From the IMG/VR virus record IMGVR_UViG_3300043425_001539, positions 124,001-188,000 of that record: DNA of 64,000 bases; one strand, written 5' to 3'. Under the pieces are notes generated by a model, which was given only the letters and a program-made list of their open reading frames with translations, was not told where the DNA came from and made no database searches. This document shows positions 10,584-19,985 of the stretch, one piece after another. Within the stretch, counting starts at the first letter, position 1, and every line of letters starts with the position of its first letter. The translations under genes were made by a program, and so were the position numbers.

Positions 10584-11636
10584 ATGTTATTAAAATACGA
10601 TAGTTTTATAAAAAGACCGTTTAAAATAGGATTTTTCGGTGACATGGGATGTGAAACCATGCAGGTAGATACTATTATTGATTCAGATCCATTAATGTAT
10701 ATCAAAAAGTGGATGAATTCTTTAGATTTTAAAGTAGGCCAACTTGAAACAACTTTCAGTGGATATGAATCAGATTATCCTAAATTTTCATCCTCTGATG
10801 TCTTTGCAGAATACTTAAAAAACAATTTTGATTTATTATTAACAGCAAATAACCACAGTTTAGACGGAGGAATTAAAGGTGCTGTGCGCACATCTAAAAT
10901 ATTAGATGATTTAAAATTACCACATATAGGAACAGGGTTTATAGAAAAACCCAGAACTTTATATGACACAAATATAAACGGTTATACCGTAACATTTTTA
11001 AATTACGTAACATCAATCAATGGAGAAAAAAGCAAAAAGGAAGGCAAAATTTTCACGGACATTAATTCCGAAGAAATCCCATCAGGAGTCGTCAATTTTT
11101 ACGATGAAGCCGAAATTAAAGAAAAGATTAATATTGCGAAAAAGAGAAGTGATATCATCATTCCTACAATCCATCAAAGAAATTCAAGAAAAATAAGGGA
11201 ATTTGGTGAATACGCAACAGAAAAACAAATTGAAGATCTTGAAGCAATATTGGACATGGGTGCCAACATCGTCGTCGGAGCTCACCCTCATGATTTTCAA
11301 GGCGGCCGACTTTATTCAGAAAATCGCATTATCATTTATTCTTTAGGTAATTTTTATAGTGCAATGACTAATAAAAAATATCCAGTCAATTCAGGATGTG
11401 TTATGGTAATAACGTCAGACTCATATCAAAATTTAAGATATTCATTTTTACCTGTTTGCACATATAAAACAAATAATTTCTATTATGTATTACCAATGGC
11501 GCCTATTGAGGTAGGTGCTTATAAATTTATTAACAAGGATGACAGATATGAAATAACAAAAAAATTACAGGAAATTAGAGGGGTATTAAAAAGATGTGAT
11601 TTATCTGAAGAGGTTATTCAAATTCATCATTTATAA
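10584..11636 (+). CDS. CapA family metallophosphoesterase (poly-gamma-glutamate synthesis protein-like)
   Basis: GDM, QLETT, ANNHSLDGG, HIGTG, VVGAHPH and YSLGNF motifs. Confidence 0.85.
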   Translation: MLLKYDSFIKRPFKIGFFGDMGCETMQVDTIIDSDPLMYIKKWMNSLDFKVGQLETTFSGYESDYPKFSSSDVFAEYLKNNFDLLLTANNHSLDGGIKGAVRTSKILDDLKLPHIGTGFIEKPRTLYDTNINGYTVTFLNYVTSINGEKSKKEGKIFTDINSEEIPSGVVNFYDEAEIKEKINIAKKRSDIIIPTIHQRNSRKIREFGEYATEKQIEDLEAILDMGANIVVGAHPHDFQGGRLYSENRIIIYSLGNFYSAMTNKKYPVNSGCVMVITSDSYQNLRYSFLPVCTYKTNNFYYVLPMAPIEVGAYKFINKDDRYEITKKLQEIRGVLKRCDLSEEVIQIHHL

Positions 11637-12042
11637 AATTAATAGGCTGACATTTTATTATATGAACTTTTTTAGCGGTTGGATAATAAACTATTTCATG
11701 GAAAAGTTCATATAATTCTTCATTCTTTCCTTTATCCGTTAAAAAAATCACCTTTTCAATCGACGTTTCTAATTCAGCAAAATTAATCAGCCCTTTTATA
11801 CTTTCATAATTTATGTTAGGATTAATATAAATTATAGACTGCATCCTAGTGCCAGCGGATACAGTCTTTATTTGTTTTTTAATTTTTTCGTTGATTATAA
11901 AATAAGAATAATCGGTTAGATCTTCAGATAAATAACCTAAAGATCTAACCACTTCATTTGTATCTATGATTAATTGTTTTCTTAGATTCAAAAATGCTTT
12001 TCTCAATCTTTCTTTATCACCGTACGTTACGTACAAATTCAT
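11614..12042 (-). CDS. Hypothetical protein
   Basis: 142-aa ORF, translationally coupled to its neighbour. Confidence 0.6.
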   Translation of the reverse strand: MNLYVTYGDKERLRKAFLNLRKQLIIDTNEVVRSLGYLSEDLTDYSYFIINEKIKKQIKTVSAGTRMQSIIYINPNINYESIKGLINFAELETSIEKVIFLTDKGKNEELYELFHEIVYYPTAKKVHIIKCQPINFINDEFE

Positions 12043-12350
12043 TATTTATTCTTCTTTTTTCTGGCTTCACGTTCCTCATCTTTTAATTTTTCATTTAACA
12101 GAATTTGTTCAGCCTTTTCTTGGGTATATCCCATTTTTTCAATATAAAATTGAAGTCTTTTTGTATATAATTGTATTTCATTTTCAATCGCTATTGCTTC
12201 AAGATTTTCTTTGCGATCTTTTTGAATAGCTAAACTTTCTTCTTTTCTTTTCTGCAAAAGTTTTTCTTTAAGTTCTTTCGGAGCAATTTTTAAAAGTTTA
12301 TTTATGCCTAACTGCTTGTCAATTTTTCTTCTTTCTTTGCGATTATACAT
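12042..12350 (-). CDS. Basic coiled-coil hypothetical protein
   Basis: MYNRKERRK start; overlaps neighbouring genes. Confidence 0.6.
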   Translation of the reverse strand: MYNRKERRKIDKQLGINKLLKIAPKELKEKLLQKRKEESLAIQKDRKENLEAIAIENEIQLYTKRLQFYIEKMGYTQEKAEQILLNEKLKDEEREARKKKNK

Positions 12351-12888
12351 CTGTTGGTATTGATTTTTGATAAAAGAAATTAAATAATCTTAAAAATGCC
12401 GCAAGCGGAAGTAATTCATCAGTTGATAATCCTTCGTTTGCAGGTGCTAAATGAAATGTTGACATTTCTTCTTTTTTGCTTCCATCTCCTGTTGCCTCGC
12501 CTAAAGTAAGGCCAGATACATCAATAGCAAAAGTAGGTATCATTCTATCGCTATCTTTATATGGATAAAAATTTCCTAAATAAATTATGCGTCCTATCTG
12601 ATCTTGTGGACATTCAATTCCGCCTTCTTCTTTTAATTCACGTATTACCGTTTGAACCAAATCTTCATCCTCAGTTTCAACCGTGCCTGTTATTAATGTG
12701 TTTGCATAGCCACTTTCTCTAAAAGGATTATATTCTTTTAAAAAACCTATTTTATCCACAATATTATGTTCATCAACCGTAAAGGGCATCACTGCAATTG
12801 ACATAGTTTTAGCCTTTAGGCCTATTTGGCCTTCTATATCAATTACATCAAATTTTTTGGAACTATACAGTACTTTGTAATCTTTCAT
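12343..12888 (-). CDS. Nudix hydrolase
   Basis: Nudix box GTVETEDEDLVQTVIRELKEEGG; start reassigned to MKDYK. Confidence 0.85.
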   Translation of the reverse strand: MKDYKVLYSSKKFDVIDIEGQIGLKAKTMSIAVMPFTVDEHNIVDKIGFLKEYNPFRESGYANTLITGTVETEDEDLVQTVIRELKEEGGIECPQDQIGRIIYLGNFYPYKDSDRMIPTFAIDVSGLTLGEATGDGSKKEEMSTFHLAPANEGLSTDELLPLAAFLRLFNFFYQKSIPTDV

Positions 12889-13417
12889 TGCGTTTATTTT
12901 TTGTGGTTTTAACTTTTTTATCAAATGCTTTTTGCGCAATTTGTTCAGCAATCTTTTCTTTAATTGCGTCAGTCTGAATTGATGATGCTAAAAATTTTAG
13001 AATTTGTTCTTCTCCATTATCATAAGATGCTGATAAAACTTTCATTAATTCAACAGAAGGCAGATTAACATCAACTTCAATTGTGAATTTTTCTTTGGTT
13101 TTTTTGCTACTATGCAAAAGCTGTTCAAGCGGAGATAGCGCAACTTCTTTACTTGCTGTTATATCAGGCAAGTTATTTTTTTGAACCGCTTTTTTAACTT
13201 CTTTAACAGGTTGCGGCATTAAATCGGATAAAAACATTGCCTCATTTTCACTTGGAATTTCGATCAAATACTCATTGATAAGTAAAGTATTAATCATACT
13301 GCCATCATTAAAAACTAAGTACTCGATATTATCTTCTTTCCAAATTTCCCCCGAAGATTTAACTATTGTTCCAACTTTGTCACCTTTAGTCCATTGATAA
13401 ATTTGTTCTTTTGTCAT
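12863..13417 (-). CDS. Hypothetical protein
   Basis: Likely start MTKEQIYQW at 13417; the longer upstream extension overlaps the neighbouring gene. Confidence 0.6.
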   Translation of the reverse strand: MTKEQIYQWTKGDKVGTIVKSSGEIWKEDNIEYLVFNDGSMINTLLINEYLIEIPSENEAMFLSDLMPQPVKEVKKAVQKNNLPDITASKEVALSPLEQLLHSSKKTKEKFTIEVDVNLPSVELMKVLSASYDNGEEQILKFLASSIQTDAIKEKIAEQIAQKAFDKKVKTTKNKRNERLQSTV

Positions 13418-13442
13418 TTCTTTAATTTTAGTATATATTGGG

Positions 13443-13769
13443 TTAGATAATGATGTGATTTTTGTATTCTCGATGGTATTCTCGCATCCATTCTTCTGAG
13501 AAACCTTGGGCTGCCCACGAAAGGTAATCCTCTCTAAAAATTGCAAGAAATTCTTCAATGTGTTTTTCATAATTACCTTTGCTGAGCTGATTAAGTTGAT
13601 TGACAGGTATTCTAAATGTATGTTTTGTTCCTTTAATTCTCCAAAACATATTTATTAAGGTTCCAACATATCCATAACCATATTCTATTATTAAAGGAGT
13701 CCATTTTTGTGGTTTAATTTCAATTTCTGTTATACCCCACAACTCATCAAAATTTTTATGATACGGCAT
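13443..13769 (-). CDS. Hypothetical protein
   Basis: 108-aa ORF in operon orientation. Confidence 0.6.
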   Translation of the reverse strand: MPYHKNFDELWGITEIEIKPQKWTPLIIEYGYGYVGTLINMFWRIKGTKHTFRIPVNQLNQLSKGNYEKHIEEFLAIFREDYLSWAAQGFSEEWMREYHREYKNHIII

Positions 13770-13773
13770 GAAA

Positions 13774-13968
13774 TTATTTTTGAGTATTTTCGGTTGTTTC
13801 TAATGTTTTAAGCAAAAGTTCCAAAATATCTTCTCGTTTGATATTATGTAATTCTTGCATATTTTCTAAATCTTGTTTCATAATACGAATGGAGCCGTGT
13901 ACTTCTTCTCCATTTGAAATTTGGATTACTAATGAATCCCAATCATAAATAAAATTTTCTTGTGACAT
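13774..13968 (-). CDS. Hypothetical protein
   Basis: 64-aa ORF downstream of the bipartite promoter motif. Confidence 0.55.
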   Translation of the reverse strand: MSQENFIYDWDSLVIQISNGEEVHGSIRIMKQDLENMQELHNIKREDILELLLKTLETTENTQK

Positions 13969-13985
13969 ATTTTTGTTTTAATTAT

Positions 13986-14012
13986 TTATATTCAGATTAA
14001 AATAATGGTTTT
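13986..14012 (-). promoter_or_regulatory. Bipartite phage promoter motif AAAAC-N14/15-GAATATAA
   Basis: Same spacing recurs near 17755, 21185, 28510, 43036, 47455, 50265, 53485, 58350 and 63245. Confidence 0.6.
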
Positions 14013-14017
14013 AAAAA

Positions 14018-14062
14018 AAACAAAAAACCCGGAGGACTTTTAAATCTCCGGGTTTTTGTTTG
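14018..14062 (-). terminator. Intrinsic terminator (possibly bidirectional)
   Basis: aaaaacccggag...ctccgggttttt inverted repeat with T-tracts on both sides. Confidence 0.8.
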
Positions 14063-14073
14063 ATTAAAATTTC

Positions 14074-15111
14074 TTAGCGTTTTTTCCGATAAATACCTAC
14101 AGTAGATTCACGTGAAGTGTACCAACTAGAATAGGAAATTATATTGCCGTAACTCAAAATTTGTGATAGCGGAGCACCAGTTATTTGCAAAATTTGGCAA
14201 TGGGTATTACCGTCTGTAAACACCATAATATCGTCAAACCCAGCATAGTCTTTATAAGTTAGCATTTGAATTGCCAAAAACAGATTAGATAACTCATCAG
14301 GAGTTTTAATACCTTTCATAACCATGTTTGTCATTTCTTCTTTATATGAAGTTAAAGAATCAGGCATTTGTGATAAAGCCAAAACAAACTTAGCTGCTTC
14401 TGCTCTAGTGAATTTTTTATTGGCAACAGCAGGAAAAATATCTTTCTTGATAGTAGTTGAACTAATACCTCTACTTACAATTTCCGAACCTAAAATTTTA
14501 TTTACGTTATCTAAGGCATCAACTCCATTTACCAATCTTCCTATCGGAGAAAGCCTACCGTTTTTTCCTTTCACTTCAACATTTCTTTTGTTAATAGGAT
14601 CATAAAGATCTCCTTTAGTTCCTTTTTGAAATGTGGTAAATACCGAAAACATTAATTCGCCAGGTCCCATATCGCCTGCTAATGCAAAATAAAGTTCCTG
14701 AAAAAATTTATCAGAAAAACCTTTATAATATGAAGCTAATGCTGAATACGGGTCAAATAAATTTCCGTACATGGAAGTAGATGACATAGGCAAAGGATTG
14801 TTTTCCAGCAAATCAATTATTTGTCCTAAATTTTCAGGTCCTCCTGTGTATAATCTTTTTGCAAGATTTTTAACCTTTTCAGCTCCTTCAGCTCTTGCGG
14901 CAGGTGGTAACTTAGCAAAAGCAATATCTTTCAAATGATTAAATGCAGATTCAGCTAAAGTATTCTTAATTGAATTAACTTTTTCGCTAAACTTTGGATC
15001 GTCTGCATCAAGTGTACCAAGAACATCTTTGCCGGGAGTATCTTGGGCATTGATATATACCAAATTATTTTCTACAAGAAAATCTTGATAAGATAAGAAA
15101 TGTGTTTTCAT
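14074..15111 (-). CDS. Putative PD-(D/E)XK nuclease-like protein with internal-protein-type N-terminal tag
   Basis: GPGE...KGDLY...VEVKG motif; N-terminus MKTHFLSYQDFLVE. Confidence 0.5.
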   Translation of the reverse strand: MKTHFLSYQDFLVENNLVYINAQDTPGKDVLGTLDADDPKFSEKVNSIKNTLAESAFNHLKDIAFAKLPPAARAEGAEKVKNLAKRLYTGGPENLGQIIDLLENNPLPMSSTSMYGNLFDPYSALASYYKGFSDKFFQELYFALAGDMGPGELMFSVFTTFQKGTKGDLYDPINKRNVEVKGKNGRLSPIGRLVNGVDALDNVNKILGSEIVSRGISSTTIKKDIFPAVANKKFTRAEAAKFVLALSQMPDSLTSYKEEMTNMVMKGIKTPDELSNLFLAIQMLTYKDYAGFDDIMVFTDGNTHCQILQITGAPLSQILSYGNIISYSSWYTSRESTVGIYRKKR

Positions 15112-15317
15112 TCATGTTCTATTTTTAATTGGCGCAATGCATTGCTTGCAATATCTTGATAATAACTAGGATTATCCAACACTTTGATTATATATAACCC
15201 ATTCAAACTTTCTCCTTCCTTCATCTTTGATTTAATGTGTTCAAGAGGATTTGATATTGCTTTAAGAGCATTAATTGCTATTTCATATTTTTCTATTTCT
15301 ACGTTATTCAAGCTCAT
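15108..15317 (-). CDS. Hypothetical protein
   Basis: 69-aa ORF coupled to the next gene. Confidence 0.55.
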   Translation of the reverse strand: MSLNNVEIEKYEIAINALKAISNPLEHIKSKMKEGESLNGLYIIKVLDNPSYYQDIASNALRQLKIEHE

Positions 15318-15335
15318 TTTTGTGTTTATTAAAAA

Positions 15336-15593
15336 TTAAATTAGATCACTAAAATCTTCAGCTTCTTTTCCTTTATTAACAATTGCAAAACCATCTATAT
15401 AATCAACAATCCCACTTTTGCTAATTCCACGTATCTCGTGGTCCACTATCATAGTTCGAAAATGATCCCTAATTAAAGATTGCGCTTGCTCGATAGATTC
15501 AGCATTAACCAAAAAAGTTTCCATTTTTGATCGCAATTTACCCGTGTCAACATCTTCACTTGTTACACGTACTCGTACTGTCCAATGACTCAT
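15336..15593 (-). CDS. DUF4494-like protein
   Basis: W.VRV...GK....ETFLVNAESIEQAQ...EIRGISKS pattern of the Bacteroidota DUF4494 family. Confidence 0.55.
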   Translation of the reverse strand: MSHWTVRVRVTSEDVDTGKLRSKMETFLVNAESIEQAQSLIRDHFRTMIVDHEIRGISKSGIVDYIDGFAIVNKGKEAEDFSDLI

Positions 15594-15633
15594 AATTTAA
15601 TAATTTTAAAAAGGTTAAAAAATTTTATAATAT

Positions 15634-16248
15634 TTATACTTTTACTCTAAAATAAATGTAATAATCTTTATATAAAGGATTATTTTTGGGAAAATTTCCA
15701 ACATCGATTGCGTTTGGAATAACTTCCTTAATTGCTTTTGTTATAAATTCTTTAGAATGAGTTGTAGGATCGGTTGGATCCTTAATTGGCATTTCTACCG
15801 TAATATATTCCAATCGATTTAATTCTGTTTTTAAAAGTTCAGGTTTGTCATCTCTTTCATTTTTAGTAAAAGCATATTTTTTTATATCATCAGGTAATGC
15901 TTTAAACTCTTTGTGAGCATTTTTTTTAATTATTTCAATAAATTGTTTAATACCATCCAATAAATCATATAAATCTTTCTTTCCTTTAACGGTAACAAAG
16001 GATCCATACGTAGAAGTGTCAAGATCTTTTTCGACAGTTATTTCTTTGCCTACTAATGTTGGGATCAACCTATCTTGCAAATATCCTAAAACTTTTAAAT
16101 TCCCACCGCTATATTTAATTTTTCCTCCATACGAAAGAGCATATCTATCTCTTGATAAACCCCATCCAGGTGCTTCACCAAAATAAGTTTTTCTTAATGA
16201 TGCTTGTGCTTCATTGATAAATTGATCATAATCTTGAACGTAATTCAT
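15634..16248 (-). CDS. Hypothetical tagged protein, paralogue of 56706..57320
   Basis: MNYVQDYDQFINEA tag; shares G..P.W, I.Y.GG and L.G.K.F with the 56706 protein; both are 204 aa. Confidence 0.6.
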   Translation of the reverse strand: MNYVQDYDQFINEAQASLRKTYFGEAPGWGLSRDRYALSYGGKIKYSGGNLKVLGYLQDRLIPTLVGKEITVEKDLDTSTYGSFVTVKGKKDLYDLLDGIKQFIEIIKKNAHKEFKALPDDIKKYAFTKNERDDKPELLKTELNRLEYITVEMPIKDPTDPTTHSKEFITKAIKEVIPNAIDVGNFPKNNPLYKDYYIYFRVKV

Positions 16249-16276
16249 TTAATATTATTTTTTTAACTTATCGCTA

Positions 16277-16531
16277 TTATCTAGCGCTCTTCATCATGGA
16301 TTCACACTCTTTGGCTAATTCACTTATCATAGCTTCATTTAGATTTGCATATTCGCCCAACCATTTTTCGGCAATCTCCTCTTTATCTTTGCTATTATGA
16401 TATTCTTTCATTTCATTTAATGCAGATTCATAACAATTTTTTAAAGCTTCCCAACACTTTTCTGAAACAGCATTCTTTGTTTTGCTTGTATCTTTTTCCT
16501 TAATAAAATCGTCAAATCTTTTAACTTCCAT
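16277..16531 (-). CDS. Hypothetical tagged protein
   Basis: MEVKRFDDFIKE N-terminus; GATAAATA motif upstream at 16547-16554. Confidence 0.6.
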   Translation of the reverse strand: MEVKRFDDFIKEKDTSKTKNAVSEKCWEALKNCYESALNEMKEYHNSKDKEEIAEKWLGEYANLNEAMISELAKECESMMKSAR

Positions 16532-16560
16532 GGTATGGTTTTTATATATTTATCATTTGA

Positions 16561-16590
16561 TAAAGGAGGGTTTTTAGGCCCTCCTTTATT
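16561..16590 (-). terminator. Intrinsic terminator-like hairpin
   Basis: taaaggaggg...ccctccttta inverted repeat after the 16597 stop. Confidence 0.7.
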
Positions 16591-16596
16591 TTGATA

Positions 16597-17733
16597 TTAA
16601 AGCATTTCAATTAATTGAGGATAATCAACTTTAACATTTTTAGCAACATCTTCTAAATCAAGTTGTTTTTTGAACAAAAGATCAGATGCTTTGATTTGCA
16701 AATCAGCACGGTCAGTATATTCCATCGAAATTTTTTCCGGGTGTGACGCAATGTATGTAAGCATATTAAAAAAGTCATATGCGCAAATGCCTGAATTTGC
16801 TGTGCTTTGCCATTTATTTGATTTTTCTTTTACGTCAGTTCCGTATGCCTGATAAAAAGGTGAATCATCAAGATAAGAATAAATTATTTTATCATAGTTA
16901 TCATTCTGATTCTTGCGCTCAAACCACTTACGAAAATGATAAAATTCTGCAATAGAGATATTATTACTTTGCAAATGACGAACCGCGTGTTGTAGTTCCT
17001 GTGACATTGTTTCAGAATTTTGAATCAATGCTTTTTCAATTATGCTTTGAATCTTTTGATTGTTATATTTGGATTGTGTGATATTGCTATTAAAGCCATA
17101 TTGCATTCCAGTGTTTCCATTTGAACAAGAAAGCCTCTCAAAGAATGGAGCATAATTAAACTGTACTCCGCCAAATGAAAATCTTTCGCCAGTTTTCCAA
17201 ATGTCAACGCCTGTTCCAAACATATCAACATCAGAATTATTATCCAACAAAGTCAAGTCAACTAATCCACGAGATGCATCCAAACCGATACTTTTTAGTG
17301 AATATTCTTTTTCAGATTCAGCCAAAGAATCAGTAATCCACCCCAAAAAACGCTCCATATCTCGATTATCCTCTTTTTTCTTGTTTTCGTTCCGATTAAA
17401 TACGCTAATAATTTCTTTTTTGGTCATAGAAGAGCCCGGCCTTACTTTAGCATACATTTTATGTTCGGATTCAGCTTTTTGCAAACGCTTTGACACATTG
17501 TACCAATCTTCAGGACTCATTTTCTTTTCAAGATCAGTAAAATTGGAACGAACTCTTAAAGCATTTAATACACTTTTTTGTGCGTTTCCTGTTAATTTAA
17601 CATCATTCAAGAAAATTCCGTTTTCTATCTTTAGATCACCTAACTTAAATTCTTGAATTGAGAAGTTTGAAGCTTCTTTAAAAATTCGTTCAGATTCTTC
17701 CTGAATCTTTTGGATAACATTTTGGTTGTTCAT
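16597..17733 (-). CDS. DUF932-like phage protein
   Basis: FERLSCSNG motif (R..C.NG) characteristic of the DUF932 family. Confidence 0.5.
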   Translation of the reverse strand: MNNQNVIQKIQEESERIFKEASNFSIQEFKLGDLKIENGIFLNDVKLTGNAQKSVLNALRVRSNFTDLEKKMSPEDWYNVSKRLQKAESEHKMYAKVRPGSSMTKKEIISVFNRNENKKKEDNRDMERFLGWITDSLAESEKEYSLKSIGLDASRGLVDLTLLDNNSDVDMFGTGVDIWKTGERFSFGGVQFNYAPFFERLSCSNGNTGMQYGFNSNITQSKYNNQKIQSIIEKALIQNSETMSQELQHAVRHLQSNNISIAEFYHFRKWFERKNQNDNYDKIIYSYLDDSPFYQAYGTDVKEKSNKWQSTANSGICAYDFFNMLTYIASHPEKISMEYTDRADLQIKASDLLFKKQLDLEDVAKNVKVDYPQLIEML

Positions 17734-17779
17734 AAAAAAATTTATTTTTTATTTTTATATTCTAAGAATTTAAAAAGTT

Positions 17780-18307
17780 TTAAAAAGTAAGGTTGTAGTT
17801 AATAACTTTTATTGCGTAGTCATTTATACAAGGATGTCCAGTATTATACGCGCCTAATGCAAGTCTCCAATCTTTGTGTTTTTCATAAAGCATTTTCATT
17901 ATTCTCATTGATGCTTTAACATTCATGTCAATATCAGTCTGTAAATCTTCTTCAGTAAAATCCACATCAACAAAAGGATGCGCATATTTAGGCATAATTT
18001 GCATAGGCCCTACTGCGCCTGCATTTGACTTTAAAGAATGTTTGTATTTCCAATCATCAGGGCCTTTGTAGCGAGATTCTTGATACGCTATACCAAAAGC
18101 ATATTTTTTGGGTATGTTATATTCAGTAGAATATTTAGAAACATAATAATACATCTGAATACACGGAGGTGCAGATTGCAAAGTTTCAATCTTTTTTTCG
18201 TTAATATTGGTATCTTTAGGTCTTTGATAGTTATTAATTAAAAAAGATAAGCAAGATACTAATAATATACTTATAAGCACCTTGCTTATTATTTTTTTAT
18301 TCATCAT
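17780..18307 (-). CDS. Lytic transglycosylase (SLT domain) with N-terminal membrane anchor
   Basis: QES catalytic motif, AGAVGPMQIMP and ALGAYNTG; hydrophobic N-terminus; start reassigned to MMNKK. Confidence 0.85.
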   Translation of the reverse strand: MMNKKIISKVLISILLVSCLSFLINNYQRPKDTNINEKKIETLQSAPPCIQMYYYVSKYSTEYNIPKKYAFGIAYQESRYKGPDDWKYKHSLKSNAGAVGPMQIMPKYAHPFVDVDFTEEDLQTDIDMNVKASMRIMKMLYEKHKDWRLALGAYNTGHPCINDYAIKVINYNLTF

Positions 18308-18521
18308 TTTTAACGGCGCTTGATTTGCTAACAGGAGTAAAAATCCAAATAAATAGTTGCAGCCCAACGGCTTCCCAGAAATTTATTTGTTTTAATCCAA
18401 AAATTGAAGGCATAAGCCAATTCCATAAAAATAATGTAGGAAATCCTAGAATAACCATGACTAAAATCATTAATCCAAAGCCACCCAAAATAATAGATAA
18501 AATAGAGGTAAATTTATTCAT
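18297..18521 (-). CDS. Small membrane protein
   Basis: LWNWLMPSIFGLKQINFWEA motif; two hydrophobic segments. Confidence 0.65.
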   Translation of the reverse strand: MNKFTSILSIILGGFGLMILVMVILGFPTLFLWNWLMPSIFGLKQINFWEAVGLQLFIWIFTPVSKSSAVKNDE

Positions 18522-18525
18522 TTTT

Positions 18526-18846
18526 TTATTTTTTTGTTAATTCATAATCCCATGTTGCATTTTTTTCAAGATATTGCCACAAATCTTCGATTGATTCGCA
18601 AATAACTTTCCCATCTGCATCAAATGCCTGTAAATCTTTACGGGTGCCCCATTTTTTGTCATAGCACCACCATTCAAATATATCTTTTCCTTCTTTGCCG
18701 TATACAGCGCCAATTAAGTGACTATTTGCTTTTTGTAATGGTTCTATAAAATTTAACGAATCAATTCCCAATTTATAAAATGCGTCAAATAATTCTTCTT
18801 GCTTTTTTAAACATTCAACCACTTCTTTAAAAACTTCCAAATTCAT
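18526..18846 (-). CDS. Hypothetical protein
   Basis: FEWWCYD...IEDLWQYL, a pattern common in small phage proteins. Confidence 0.6.
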   Translation of the reverse strand: MNLEVFKEVVECLKKQEELFDAFYKLGIDSLNFIEPLQKANSHLIGAVYGKEGKDIFEWWCYDKKWGTRKDLQAFDADGKVICESIEDLWQYLEKNATWDYELTKK

Positions 18847-18847
18847 A

Positions 18848-19042
18848 TTATGTATTAATGTTTATATTTTTTATTTTTAGATGAATTATAGTTATCCAAG
18901 TTTCGATTATAATTAATTTAATGAACCAATCAAAATTCATTTTTTGCAAAACATCTGGCTTGTGCAAAGAATACAGCAATATTCCCATTAAACATGCATA
19001 TACTGCAAAATACCAATAACTAATTAATTTAGTAAATTTCAT
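18848..19042 (-). CDS. Small membrane protein
   Basis: Two hydrophobic segments. Confidence 0.5.
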   Translation of the reverse strand: MKFTKLISYWYFAVYACLMGILLYSLHKPDVLQKMNFDWFIKLIIIETWITIIHLKIKNININT

Positions 19043-19048
19043 AAGGTT

Positions 19049-19573
19049 TTAGGGTTTAATCCAATACCACATATCATTAACAGATTGAATTGGATTCATA
19101 TTTAAAGAAGCTGCAAATTCAGTTATTGCTTGTTGAACTTCTGAAATTGCTTGATAGTCATGAAACGAAAAAACTCCACCTGATTTAAGTTTAGGATAAT
19201 AATTTTGACAATCCAACAAAACTTGCTCGTATGTATGTAAACCATCAATAAAAATAAAGTCGATTGAATTATCTATAAAATTATCCACTGCGTTATCAGA
19301 AAAATCTTTGTATAATACAAATCTTTCGCCGAAAGTAGCAAGCCTTTCACTCATTTTTTCAAAACAAAAATCCCTTTGACTTTGAAAAAGCTCATAATCA
19401 TTCCAATCCTTATATCCTACGTAAGGATCGACGCCATACAAAGTTAATAATGAACGATTTGATAAAAGGGCATGCGCTGTATCTCCAAGATCAACTCCTA
19501 TTTCTATTCCCTGGATTTGTTTGTTTGTAGGTAATAGATTTAATAACCCATACCCAGCAACTTGTTGTTCCAT
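19049..19573 (-). CDS. Class I SAM-dependent methyltransferase (Methyltransf_24-like)
   Basis: GIEIGVDLG, GVDPY, DFIFIDGLHTYE and LKSGGVFSFHDY motifs. Confidence 0.85.
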   Translation of the reverse strand: MEQQVAGYGLLNLLPTNKQIQGIEIGVDLGDTAHALLSNRSLLTLYGVDPYVGYKDWNDYELFQSQRDFCFEKMSERLATFGERFVLYKDFSDNAVDNFIDNSIDFIFIDGLHTYEQVLLDCQNYYPKLKSGGVFSFHDYQAISEVQQAITEFAASLNMNPIQSVNDMWYWIKP

Positions 19574-19591
19574 AATATATTTTATTACTAT

Positions 19592-19798
19592 TTATCTTTG
19601 GATGATTTCTTTATCCCAATCAGAAGTATCATAATTAAATCCAATAACTACAAATTTGTCCTTGCCAGCTTTCCATTGTGTTTCTTTTAAAGAAGGCTTA
19701 TTTGTGTAAGCGTATGCGGTACCAATTTTATCAACCGCAGCAAAATTATAATTTTTTGGAATATCTTGTTTGGATAATTTTTTATTTTTCATTATCAT
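19592..19798 (-). CDS. Small hypothetical protein; single copy of the domain duplicated in 54840..55511
   Basis: KKLSKQDIP..YNFAAVD..G.AYAY...P...W...IG..YDTSDW. Confidence 0.6.
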   Translation of the reverse strand: MIMKNKKLSKQDIPKNYNFAAVDKIGTAYAYTNKPSLKETQWKAGKDKFVVIGFNYDTSDWDKEIIQR

Positions 19799-19985
19799 TA
19801 ATATTTTTTGTTGCTTTTTTCATCTCTTTGTGCATATCATATACATAGATACAAAAAAACAAGGTACTTAAAATAAAAATAGAATAGCCTCTGAATGTAT
19901 CTAATGTTAAACCATAAGCGGCTGAAATAGCAAGAAAAGTAGCCACAATAAATTTAATTACTTGACTAAAATAAAATTCTTTCAT
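19782..19985 (-). CDS. Small membrane protein
   Basis: Two predicted transmembrane segments. Confidence 0.5.
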   Translation of the reverse strand: MKEFYFSQVIKFIVATFLAISAAYGLTLDTFRGYSIFILSTLFFCIYVYDMHKEMKKATKNINDNEK

